Assembly: GCA_036172245.1 (NCBI GenBank)
Contig: JAYWIR010000017.1
Span: 2,294,001-2,358,000, forward strand
DNA length: 64,000 bases
Reading direction: 5' to 3'
DNA from: Raillietiella orientalis
Lineage: Eukaryota
Numbering within the stretch: position 1 is the first letter of the stretch; each line of letters begins with the position of its first letter. Below are positions 47,400 through 59,949 of this stretch, piece after piece. A program made the position numbers and the translations under genes. The notes below the pieces were generated by a model. The model was not told the origin of the DNA. It saw only the letters and a list, made by a program, of their open reading frames with translations, and did not search any database.

Positions 47400-50200
47400 A
47401 GTACCTGTGACTGCCCATGCTTTCTTGGGTTCCTGACGGACGCGAACTCAACTGGATTTTGCAATTCACTTCGATGTGTTTTTTCTCGAGACATTTCTCA
47501 GAAGTTTGAAAGAACACTGAAAGATGAAGGATGCGGGGAGGCTGAAATCGAAATGTCAGGGTACCCAAATACTTAACAGATGAAAAGATGAAATGAATTC
47601 CTTAGTGGGCTAATCTTTATCTACCCCCTCGAAATAGCAAACATGTATGTATTTACCTTTTCTGACCTTTCCTCTTGCAAGAAACTCTTTCGATATTGTT
47701 CATGAGCGCGCTTTTCGCTCGTTTCCAACCATCTTCCTCTCGTCAGTTGTAGAGGTGAAGCTTCAGCTTGCCTTTCGCGGTCCACTTTCTTTTTGTGACA
47801 TTCCCTCTCTTCTTTCATCTCTTATGCAAGGGAGAAAAAACAAACAAGCTCACATTTATTTTTTCCAAAATGAACTTTTCAGAATGTTTGATCTTTAAAA
47901 GTTGCGATGCACGAATGCATGTGCAGCACAAAAATAATCGTTGCGTATACGAAACCTCTGGAGAACGCAGAGTACACGTGATGTCATTCAAATTCCATGA
48001 GAATGCAGGCACAAATATGATTCTTTCAGTGAATTCGATTCTTAAGAGATTCTAAAGGGTAGGAATCCCCCCAGGACGCCCTTCAAGCTTAAGGCAGTAA
48101 GAAGCTCTCGGTCCCCCATCTCGTCCGCCAATGGACTCAGGGAGCTAGAAGCTGAAATTAACGCACATCTCGGAGTCATCCGGAAACTTTGTCGGTTTCT
48201 CTGGACAGATAAATAACGTCTCCATCAGAGCCTGATGCAACTTCGAGTGGGGCTGGGAACTTCAACTTGCATTCTGTCCTGCTTGCGTTTCGGTTTCGAA
48301 TTTCAGAAGCAATCTTCCGCGCAATGGAGCCATCTTATTGCCTTCTCAGAAGGTGACTAAAAGGAACATGGTAATGACAAAACCTTAGGCGGCAAGAAGC
48401 TGCCAACAAGCCGGAGCTGTTCCGGTACCAATCACCAGCGCACCATTGCAAAAGGCTAGAAGGAGGTCTAAAAGGAAGAATACAAACTCCTGCATTTCCA
48501 TAACTGATGAACGGATCTTTGAAAACAGGTGATTTTCCAGTTGAAAAAGGTGTGAAACCAAAGGACAGCTAGTTGACTGGAATCACTTGAGTTACCATCT
48601 TAGCGGTATGGATTAGCTCATCCGGCAACGGAAACCACAGTTTTTCAGGGAACTGAAACTCCCAGATCTCACGCAAACAAAGTGAGATAACTTGGTTTTG
48701 CAGAGCTAACTTGATGTCAGCTCCCCTCTGAGGCTCGTTTCTTTCCACCGCTTTGTGAGCAGAAAGTGGTACACCGTGTATGGCACTGCTGTGATATCAA
48801 CGATATTGTGCTTCCAGGATTGCCGACATCCGACTGTATCTTAAATCGGAAAAGTAACAGATGTTGTTGAGATCAACAGAAAGAATGTGAGAAGGTTCTC
48901 ATGGGTCTTTTGCTCTCCTGATGTTTCTGTACAGGCTGCTGCAGACTCGACAACTGGCTCTTTTCAAAAAATTCATTGAGATCGTAATCTCAAATTTCAG
49001 TGTTTACCTACGTATACATAGAAGTTTACCTTATTCAAAATTACAAGTACAGAAATCCAAAACCCATCCGTGCTGTTTTCCTTAGATTCTGTACCTGAAT
49101 GTTTGTACGAGACCTTTTTCCTTGTCAAAAAGGTCGTTTAACCCACGTCTCTGGAACTCACAAGTTAACCGGACCTTACTAACGATTTTCCCAGTAAGTG
49201 CACGCTAACTGTGCCAGTGCACAGCAGATACAATTCTCTATTCATGTGCACACCTCGGTGTCATAATTTCATGATATATATGGAGCACTGTATATCGTCA
49301 TGCACACATTATTTATTCGCATCATAGAAAACCAAGGACTGCAACCCAGAGACCGTTGGGAAGCGATGGAATGAACTCTCGAGTAACCGTCCCTGAATTG
49401 ATATTTAACTATTGGAACATCCCTGGTTTCTGTCTAAGAATTCCTCTCTTGGAAGCACCCTCCTTCTCAATATCCTCTATGATTACGCACTCATCTGATC
49501 TACTTAGTGATGTACTTGCTAGTTACTACAATAGAAGAGAGAGTGGTTATCGATTCAGGAATCCTGGAATTGCAGTTCTCGAAGTTCCTCCACTTCTCCC
49601 GAATCCTGTGGTCAGAAAAGAACTCTTAGCAGCTGTTTAGATGCTACCGTGGTCCAAACAACTTTATCACATCACGAATATCAAGATACTGCAGGATGGC
49701 AGCTGGTGTCCGCAAACCGAACGGTACCCAGATGCGACTCTCGTGGCCCAATCTAGTGCAGCAAAGAGCAAACAGGGTCATGATCCTTGAAGTCTCATGT
49801 CCATTTGAGAATACAGAAGAGGTATTTAGTCATACGAGGACTGAAGAAGAGACGAAATATTGGGAGATCGCACAGCAGATGAAGCAGACCGGAATGCAGG
49901 TTGAAATCAGGGCAATCATCATCGGTCCATTAGGAACATGGGACTTCTGGAACCATGATGTACTGCGTGAATATCCCGAGGCTGTATGAGGAAAAAATGA
50001 AACACCTTATGGTGGCCTCATGCGTGCAATCCAGCCGGGATATCCACTGGACTTTCCGCCTCGGGATAGTGATGCCATGAGACGAAGTTACTCCGAAGAC
50101 ATCCATGAATCTCAAGTCTCTGGCTTTTTGTGTTTGCACCCAAACTACATTGGAGCTGGCATTTCTTGGGCCTATGTAACGCGCGAATTTTGTGAAGAAC
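47400..50200 (+). mobile_element. RLE-clade non-LTR retrotransposon relic (RT, decayed CCHC, restriction-like endonuclease)
   Basis: A GPDG-like segment (~47430) and 'VGIPPGRPSS' (~G.RQG.PLS, ~48060) are followed by a knuckle remnant 'ESCGQKRTLSSC' (~49600) and the RLE ORF. Confidence 0.65.
49696..49989 (+). pseudogene. Restriction-like (PD-(D/E)xK) endonuclease domain of an R2/NeSL/Utopia-type LINE
   Basis: 'WPNLV...VMILEVSCPFENTEEVF...TKYWEIA...VEIRAIIIGPLGTWDFWN' matches RLE consensus RPDLV...IIDVT.PFEN...KY..L...V.AIVVG.LGSW...N. The catalytic PD reads PN here. Confidence 0.85.
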
Positions 50201-51849
50201 TTGTTCTTCGTAAAAGATGAAATGATAGGCTCGAAATTAGGGAAATTAGGGACTTCACAATTCCCCATCCTGAGCATTTTCGGCTTTTTTCTTTCTTGTT
50301 TATAAGTTCCTCGGTTGCAATTATCAACGAACGTGAGGATCCAATACTCCTGGCATGAAGACAGAAAAAAATCTTATCCGAATTCCCTTAACTTGCTCCC
50401 TTGTGCAAGGCATTTCGCGTTCTCGTGTGCGTGCACGCTGTGCTGCTCATGTCCTGCACACGAATTATGCATTTCCTTTCTTCTTTGCTGTTGTCCATTC
50501 TCTTCGATAGCTTTCAGCTGCTCACCCTGTCGTTCCCGAAAGTCCCAGAAAGCTTTGATCCATCGGGAAAATCCACTGCTCTGATGTTCATCCACTAGAC
50601 GGACTTCTCACGAGCTCTGGTTTTTCTCACTGCGGAAATCGAAGTCTTCAATTCTTTTCCTATATTTTCTCCGAAAATGCCCAGGACGCCCAGCTCGGTT
50701 TTCATTCTTCCCGAGCTCAAACCCTCAGTCAGGATGTGTGGCGAACCATTTCGCACATGGATTTCAAGTCTCCTTCAGTTTTTGAAAAAAATCCTGCATT
50801 TATTTACCGCTTCAAGTGTACGTCTTCCGAGTTGTACTTGGTAAGCACTGCTTGCTACAGTTCTCTGCCAGCTTGCCGAGCCAAATAAAATTTTCACATT
50901 CCACATTACATTGATTACATGATGCTCTCATGCGCGTTATTATGTGTTTTATTTGTGATAAGATACACGATAACGAAACGAAACGACTACACAATTGCAA
51001 TAGTAAAATATGTTGTTATTTTAAGGTGACTTTTAGGTGCCCGGTTACAGATGGAATGATGATGTGCTTCTGATGGATAAGAGTTTCATTGAGATGAGAT
51101 AGAGTAAAAGCTTACAGCTGGGTCGGTGTGTGGGAGATTTTACAAAGTGAATGGCGCCACATCATTAATGCGACACATTTCGACGTGTACTGAATGCTGA
51201 ATTGAGTACCACTCGTGAAAATATTGCGATTCCAGCTGCCATCTCTTTCCAGTGGCTTTTGCTTTTTCTCATTCTCCACTCAAAAGGGTCTGCCGCTTCC
51301 TTGCAGTGGGAAAATTCTCAAAAACTTCATGGTCATCACTTTCCGATGATGCCTCCGATGGGTTCAACACGAAAAGGAAGAGGAAATCTCAGCATAAAAT
51401 TGGATATGCTTTTATTCTAGTTTCGTTGGTTTTGTTTAGTTTTTTTTTTTTTTTAAGAAAAAAAAAAAGATCTGGTCATTTGCACCCATTACTCATAAGT
51501 TAAGGAAACTAAAGCAGAAAATGTTGCTAAATCTGCGGAAATCATGCATTCCAATATTTCAGTATGTCTTTTCAGGCCAGTCTTCCGATTACCTCTGAAG
51601 AAATTTGTTGTGGCAATCCTGATTTTCTTGATTTCACGAGGGTGATAATGTTTTGGTGAGCTTTCCTCTGAAGAAGTAGAAGAACGAATCCTCATCAACA
51701 AGGAGCACATTCATCGACGATGGTACTCGGGCCTTCCGGTCCAGTCCTGGACCAGCTCCAAAGGCAGTCGCAACGGTGGGAAACATTGATTGGGAAACAC
51801 TGATTCAGAACAAGAAGTTCCAGAATCAGAATAGCGGTTCTGAAAGCAC

Positions 51850-54800
51850 TTTCAATGTATACAGCTGCAAAGTTTCCATTTTTCGAAACAATGAATAGAA
51901 GAAATGGCTGTGGGAAGGAGAAATCGTTTGTGAAGATTGACGTGAATTGGATAGGCGCCCTTTTGTTTTGTAGATACTTTGAAAAGGATTTTTTGGAACA
52001 AATATGTATTTAATCCCATTATTATCATCACATTATGAATGTTTGCTCTCGTCATTATTCTTATCCCTGGCAACCTTCAGCGAAGCACTCCATAGCTTAA
52101 CAAATGAGTTGAAACATCGGCTGCTAGCCGATGACATTAACTGAATGTCTTAATCATCTCCTCATTGGCTTCAGTATATCGTGTTTTTGCATCCTGTTCC
52201 TACAACTATTTTCAAAATTGATTGTAGAATTGACTCGATAGAAATTACCCGAGTGTTCATCTTGTTTGACGACCGTGCTGTTCAGATAGTCTCATGTAAA
52301 CCCACTCTGTGCAAAACTTTTATAATGAGCCCATAATTTTTTCCTTAACTCTTGTATTCTTCCCAATGAAACATGCCTTTCTTACGTTCAAAGCGCAATC
52401 TCATTTTCAATGGTGTCAGTGATCATTTCAAGGTGCAGCACCGAAATGAAAGCACATTCCAGAAAGGCAGCGGAGAGCGCTCCTGCCTCTTTCTGCTTCC
52501 TTTTTCTTCCAAGCCAATGCAAGTTCATTTTGCTCCGGTTCCCAAGCTGGCAATTCAAGAGGACATAATAGCTGAGTAATTTCGTTCAGCTCAAAGTTAG
52601 TAAATTCAGCTGCCGCTACGTGACAAGAAAGTTCTTCTGCTTTGCTTCCCTATCCCTAAGCGTTGAGAGAGAAGCGGTCATAATGACACCTGTGTTTTCC
52701 ACCAGCCACTTCAGAGATGACAGAAACGCTGACAGCTTCTTTTTTTTTCTTATACTATCGCAGAGCAGTGGTCGCTGAATATGCTACTCATCACAAATAG
52801 GGGTGCGTTATTTTTCTTTACTTTCATCTCCCTGGGCAGTAACCAATCTCCGGTCTCATGCTCGTTAAATTTTTTCCTGATTTCGTCGAATGGGGTCTTT
52901 TTGAGCAGACCTCGTAACTGTGAAAATTTCTTAAAACTCTGTATGAAAACCAAATTCAGAACAATTCTTTCCTTGGATAATTCAATTAACGATTCCAGAG
53001 ATGTCATCTTTAAAATGGATTGCGTTTTCTATTTCCTGAAGCTTCTAATTACTTCGCGGTATTGTCTAATTTTAGGCTTCCCGAAGCAGACCATAAAACA
53101 TTTCTGCATCGATTATAAAGAAGTCTCACAATGGAAGTGAATGGCAATGAACACGAATTGTGTGCTGCAGCCCACAGCAAAAGGGAACTCTCCAGAGCAG
53201 TAAATTGCAGCCATCGCATCTAAGAATGTACGACCGAACTATTCCAAACGATGGAACTATTGTTCAGTACCATTGAGGAGGACCTTTCATCGTTTGCTCA
53301 TGGTCATTCTTCCACGAAACTCTTCGTCTTAGCTTCAAAGCCGATGATCTTTCAACTTGTCAGATGAAACGAAACGGGACGAAATGGAATGCTTTGAAAG
53401 GCAATTCCATTTTTCACATTACCAGCTTAGGTCTTGCATGAGCGTTTTCCTGCGAATTCGAGAGAAAGTCCGGTCCGCATCTCTTTCTTCCTTTTCACGC
53501 CAAACCCAGCAGGAACGTTTGCTGAAAACGCACTCAGTGCATCCTCACCAGTCAGCTTGTTGTTCGTGGACGATCATTTTGCTTTTCTAGCTCTCTGCCA
53601 GTTCCCGCCTTCGAACCGAAGAGTCGCATCTCGCAAGGATCTGCAGCAACCATTCTTCCAGCTGGTCGCTGTTTGGAAGCACGTCAGTTTGCACTTGCGC
53701 CACACCCATTTCGAAAAGCCTCGTGAACTCTGTGGAACTTTCTGCCTCAAAGCAGCCAATTTTGATCTCGCAATTCATCTCACTCTATCCAAGAGGTATT
53801 TTGCCCTTAAAACCAGAGAGCACCATCACCTTGTCAGCATTCCTCTTTTCCCAACAATTATCATCTTTCGACTACCTATTAAAAGTCTATGGGGATGTTT
53901 TCAGTATTTTCCTTGAATTCCATCGTTCCCTGAGACCACATCATGCTGGAAATCTATCCTTAGGAGCGATCGTCGATGGACTCTTGAATGTGTTGTTTGT
54001 AATATGCGTGGGGTTCATCACGCACAAGTGGACAGATAGGCAGATTCATTAAAAACAAACTATAAACTTTTTCGGGTGGAGATTTGTGTTATCCTGCTGT
54101 TCTGGTGGAAAGGGACACGAGCTTCCAGAAAGTAGTTGGTCTTTTCTCGATAGCAGTCTGCTCATAAACTTCGCATTCTGCTTACTCGGATGTAATCGAC
54201 AAGAGATCTGGCCTCCCGATGTCGAAAATCCATGCCATAACAACCAGGAGGCCGTCTTCATCCGTCCGCGCAAAAAGTCATCAGAGTTGGTGCGACCATA
54301 ACGCAACACGGACCAGACTTTGGCTTTTGGACTCCTCGAAATTCCTTCAGTAGGGCCAGTGTGTACTTCAAATAGAATGCAAAATGTGCGTCGTCTCCGT
54401 GCCATTGGTGTTTGAAACAAAGCGCGTCACGGACAGCATCGAAGAATCACCAAATTGCCAAGATGTCAGTTTCTTCCTTGATCCAGCAGAAAGAGCGGTT
54501 TCTTTGCACCGATTCAGGGATACCCTGAGAGTTCCTCGTTTCACCTACTTTTGCGCGTTCTCACACAGCCATGCGTTTCTCATTTTTCCAATGCCGTTTT
54601 TGTACTCTTTCAACATTCGATAACGAACCTGCTTCATTTTTTCCATCGAATACATCTCCATACGTATACATCGTCCATCTTTTTCTTTCCTGCAAAGACT
54701 GGACTCAAGGAAGACACTGGCACATAAAACATGAAGTATCAACTTTCGTTTCATCAGGATAACAACCGAAAGCCATTCGTCAATAAGTGGTCCAGACTGC

Positions 54801-55400
54801 CAAGGTTCATGCGCTTTTTACGGTTGATACAGATGGCGCTTGTCGTTCCGTCTCCTACGCTCAGCTTCCTCAAGGCCCATGGTTGTTGCATTTCATGAAC
54901 GATTCTCATTTGACGACACTTACACTGTTCACTTCTGGAATTGTGACGGTTAGGGACATCGGATGCCTGTTGCTACCTCAAGCATTTCACTGCAAAACTC
55001 CAGGCAGTTCTCAGATCTTCAGGACGAACCGGGGTATTCGTTCTTCTCCGTAGTTCCGGGCTGAGTCCATGAATTTCAGTGTAGAGGGATTCTCGTGAGC
55101 AGCATGGATAAGGCTGAGAATGATCACGGGAGAAATACTAGTGAGGGTTCCCGTGCTCTCATGATCGATGGAAAATGGATTTAAGTAATATTTCATCTTC
55201 GTGATAATGACTGTTTCTGTTTTTAGGGATGCAACGAGTCTCTTTGAGGACTGCGGTTACAATTTTTTCCCCAGACCAGTAAAATCTCTTTTATGGCTCG
55301 AAGCATGCAACACTTCTTTGCTTTATCTTTTTTTTTTTTTTTTTTAATTACCCATTAGTGGAAAACGCACATTTATGAGGGCAGTCCTGAAAACAAACAG
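51850..55400 (-). mobile_element. Gypsy/Ty3-type LTR retrotransposon internal region relic (knuckle, RT, RNase H, integrase)
   Basis: Minus strand order: knuckle-like 'KCNNHG' (~54890), 'ITNNTFK' and a DD-containing RT segment (~53860), 'LARCDSS' (~L.CDAS, RNase H, ~53630), 'DNNGIKYIFVPKNPFQS' (~NGIKH....YHPQSNG, integrase, ~52000). This RT-RH-IN order fits Gypsy. No LTRs identified. Confidence 0.6.
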
Positions 55401-56499
55401 GAAGATCTCTGTTGTGACGAAAATATCGAGAGAAAGTCGGTACCAGGAAGTATCCTGGAGTTTTCGGACTAGCGTTCTTCATCCGAGTTGATCTTCGAGC
55501 ATTCTGTCCAGAGATATGGAGAAAATGAATCAGAGGAAGCTGCTTTCTCCTCCTATTAAATAGAGTAATCTGAGCGGTTCAAATCAATAGTCTCCCACAT
55601 TCCTTATAACTCACCTTCAGTTGTTTGCTTTGGTCTCCCCGATGCGGAAGGTGAAGGCATATTTAGAATACGCCTCTTGGAAGAGTGACCGTACCTTTAA
55701 ATCGAGGAGATTTTCCTGAATCGGAGATCATTGGATTTGATCTCAACATCAGAACACTCCTTGCATACTCTCTCATCGTCCTTGGTTTCAGCTTTTTTTC
55801 TGGCTCTGCTGTTTGATGCTGCTGTTTGTTTCAATGCATCTTGAGAGAGGCACCGTCTGTACCGAGAATGGTATAGTGTTTTCACTTGGTCCGACCCTCC
55901 CTAAACACCATCTTTTCTTTATTCTCTTCTTCTCTGAAAGTTGCATCACTCTATTGAGGTCTCACTCACAGATGACCCCACCATGTGACCCCACCTTGAC
56001 TTGTGCTGTTGAGGAATGTCGATGCTGTTCTTGAGCTCACCATTTTTTTCTTCTTCTTTTGTCGGTGAGACAGTGGGCATTCCCATCCTTTGCAGAATGC
56101 CTGCATTCGTGCCGATGGCTTGCAACTCTTCCGCCCGCTTCCGACGAGCCCTTCAATCTGCAATGTCTTTGATTACTCTCGTACTCTTCTTTCTCTTTCG
56201 TTCACATCGCCCCACGACTCTCTATTGTGTCCCAGACGCGTTTTCTTTCTCCCTTTTTTTTTTTTTTACGTTTGGCTTCCGCTTCCTTAAGATAAAAAGC
56301 CGTAACTTGAGAAGGCCCGCACCTCCGCTTCCATCGATGATTTCCTGTAAATTTGCTTGATCTATGGCACGAGAATGGAAAAACAGGGACAACTGCCTAT
56401 CACATGAGAAAACGACCTATCCGAATGGGGGCGTTTCCTACTGCAAGTGCGGCCGGTTGCGACGGTTGTGTGTTTGTTTTCGCTTGCTGCAGTCTGAAA

Positions 56500-57500
56500 G
56501 CAAAAACCTCAAAGGAAGTTTTCCGTGGACTAAAACGACATGTTTAGAATCTCTGAGTGGCAAGAAGTCCATTTCGCTTTTGTTTATTGAGACAGAGGGC
56601 ATTTGATACGCGCATTTTAAGAAATCTTTCCCGTCCGTCAGGAGTCTGCCCAATAAGTAATGCATCCCATTATCTGAATTCCAAGTTTGTCGCTAGTTCA
56701 GAGGACATTCAGAGGTTCAGAGATCCATTCTTCTTATCTCTTGATTCGCAATGGTTAGAGCTTTCTCGGGAAAATGCCTGGAAGTCTTGCTAGCCTGATG
56801 CAGTAACAGAAGGACAATGGTTGCGGTATGCACGATAACCGCCTGTATTTCACGCGAATCTCATACACGATTCAGTTCCCGTTTCCTGTGGAGGTAAGCG
56901 AGCAATGTATCATCCACTGTCAAAAAGGAGGAGGAGGAAGAGAAGAACAGCAACAGCAACAAAAGGAAAAACTTTCTGCAAAGAAATTCGACGGAGCTTG
57001 GAATCCTGGAAGACTACATGCGAAAAACGAAAAATTGGAACTTCCGTGGAAATTCAAAGGCCGAACGGATCAAATCAAAGTTTGTTTTTTCTCGTCTATC
57101 AGATCCCTTCTCACTTTGGACCGCACACTGTGAATGCCACATTCAGAAAGAAGCAGAGACCACGGTCAAGGCATCGGTTGCACTTCCAGCTCCCTTTCGC
57201 TCCACTTTCAAAAATAAGATGGCCCTTTGTATCAGAGCTTGCAACGATCTCTGTTCTTCCATCGCCTCCACGGGTTCCTGTTCCTTGGTATTCTTCGTGA
57301 GCTAGACTTTCCTTGCCCTTCCGTGGAACAACCAAATATCCTAGGGTCCGAAAGTCCATTTTCTGGATCCTGGAACCCGTTCTGCAATCCCCCCATCACC
57401 CTTCAGAGACAACGCCCACAGAACCAGAATCTAAGCCGCTTTGATCTTAGCTTTCCTGTTCCTCCCTCCCTGTCTTATCTTTGGCTTCCACAGTGGCTTC
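56500..57500 (-). pseudogene. L1/Tx1-type RT fragment
   Basis: Minus strand: 'DPENG' (~PG.DG), 'RGLCFFLNVAF' (~RPISLLNVDY), 'DSKLR' (~D.EKAF), and a G.RQG-like segment near 56790. Confidence 0.45.
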
Positions 57501-57699
57501 TTCAATAGAATGAGGCTGATGGTTCCCTGATTCATTTGATTTGGCGCCGTTTTCTTAAAGCTTCCATGAAGTGCCTTGTGGGAATTCTTGCACTTTTTTT
57601 TTTCCTGATGATTTTGATAAATCGCATATTTCAACCTATTTCAACTGCTTGCAAAATACATTATTAAGGAGATTTATGCACACAGATTCTCAATTTCAA

Positions 57700-59700
57700 A
57701 TGCAAAAGGAAGAAGCCATTACGGCAAGGTTTTCTTCAGAAATTAAATAAATCTCTGCGTGCTGAGAAGAAAAATATATCTTGTGCACCACTTCAATTAG
57801 TAGGAGGAAACTTGAAAGACCAAATGGCTAATTTAGCAGATTTTGAGTTTGGGTGCTTGGGGGGCTTGCGAAGAAAGTGGACAACGCCTGCTTAAAAGAT
57901 TGGAAGGCTGGAAGTCAGGCAAGAAATACGCCACACTAATAGAATGTGAAAACGCAATGAGTACCTCGATTGACGGGCCTTTGATCAATGAGAGTTGCTC
58001 AAGATGGGAAGGCAGCGGATGTAAGGAAATTACGGTCTTTATCTGAAGCCGATGGTGTTATACGTGCCGTTGCTGCCCATGTCATGAAAGAATTTCATGG
58101 ATGTTAACAGAAGAGGCTCTTTGAAACGGCAAGGAGGACGAGGAAGATTTCCTTCCTCGCAGAAGAAATGCTTGCACTCTCTTGGTTCACTATTTCAATT
58201 TTTCCGCCAATTTCGATCCATCCCTGTTTCCATTGATTTGTAGCTTCGAACTGTAACGCGCGTTCCGGGAATCACTTAAAATTAGCAGTGCCTCCGGCGA
58301 AACAAGGATGAATAAATTTTTCCGTAATCGATTTGTAACCATCGAAGACAACGCCTTCTATTTACTCGGAATAACATTCCCTCGGGTGGAACAATCTACG
58401 CATTCATAAGTTCTGACAGATTAAAAAGCCCTGCCCTCTTCCATCTCTGTTCCAGAATGCTGCAGTTCCTGAAGCCCAATTAAAACGCCGAAGAAGGAGA
58501 AATTTCTCCACATTCATCAAAGTGGGCTTTTACAGTACTCTTCAAATCAAAGAGAATCGCGGAAAAGCTATTCAGGTATTCGAATTCCTGTGGAGGAGCA
58601 AACCGGGGCGAAATTTAGGATCCTGAAAGTTTTTGAAATGCTCTTTTTTTTGAAAAAAGAGAAAAAAAAAGGAGAGAGGATAAATCCTGGAACGAATTTT
58701 TTTAAAAAAAAAAAATCTCCATGAAAGCTTTTTTTGCAGAGCGGGCAGAAACCACAGCACTTGGAAGATGATGCTTATTTTACTCGAGCAGATTTGACAA
58801 AGTACAAACGTGATGGAGTGGAAAAAAGCTTTCTTCGCACTGGACCACTGTGACAATTTCTTGAAGAGAAATAGCCTGCCGCTTCACAGTCAAGCGGAAA
58901 CGGCTAATGTCCACGGAATCTGCGCACGCTGCTCGGTCAAGATGCCATGTAATTCGAGAGTTCCACAAACCTAAATAACTCAAACCTTTACTTAATATCA
59001 GGAACACACGTAAGATGTCACAAACACCTTACGTGCTGAGGAGACAGGGAGCCAACTGAAATTTTTTTTTTTTTTTAAGTCCTTTATCGAGAACACAAAC
59101 AAACGGAAATTGCACAGATGAGGATGCTCTCCAGGAGATAGCAAAAATTCATTGAGTGACTTTTCAAGAATACTATCCCATATGAAGAACTATGAATGGG
59201 GATGCTAAGAGGTGAGAGTGCAGGACTGGGCAAGTGATGTCTTACTGTAGGCAGGTTTCGAACAGGCCAAAGGTAAATGCATTGGATAGGACAGGAAGAA
59301 ATTTGGGAAAACATGCAAACAAGTACTGTGAAAGTCGAGAAAGTCCTTCTGAAACCAAGAAATATAGGGAAAGGCGTCTTCCAAAGTTACGCCTTGAGTA
59401 AGTTGGATCCTTGACATTGCCACGAACCGAACCGCAAATCAGAATGAGTCTAAAAAAGATAACACTCTCTTCCAAAAGTTCGATTTCCTTTCCTGCTCTT
59501 GCTTGGGTTTGCTGAGAGTCATGCTTCTATAAAGCGCCTATCCAGACCTAGTAGAATTTTTTTTTTCTTGTTAAAGGATAAGAATCAAGGGCTGTGATGT
59601 AATGTACAAAGGATTCGGCGTTTCCAGGATGTTTTCGGGCTGGAGCAATTCATGAATCGAGGAACACCAGGACCGTAATTGCTGCCCTTGGGCTAGAATG
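57700..59700 (+). pseudogene. L1/Tx1-type RT fragment
   Basis: 'DLTKYKR / VMEWKKAFFALDHC' (~D.EKAFDRVEW.YL...L, ~58800) followed by 'VLRRQG' (~RG.RQG, ~59040). Confidence 0.45.
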
Positions 59701-59949
59701 GTCGCGGATAGAATTTTGCCACTGTAGCGAAAGATTCACTGAAACAAAAATATACAAATATTCGAATCTTCTCTTGAATGCATATCTAGTGCACAAAAGT
59801 CAAAGAAATCCATTCATTCGCTTGTCGTCAAAGAGAGAAAAATATAAACTGGTAAAAAAAACAAAGGTCTCAGGAGGAAGAAAAAGTACTGGAACCTTAA
59901 ACCCTTTAGTGTCAAATGTCAAATGGGTGCCTTAGATGAATACTGGACC

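Noticed and set aside
50233..50252. Telomeric repeat (aaattaggg x2)
   Set aside because: Only two units; not an array.
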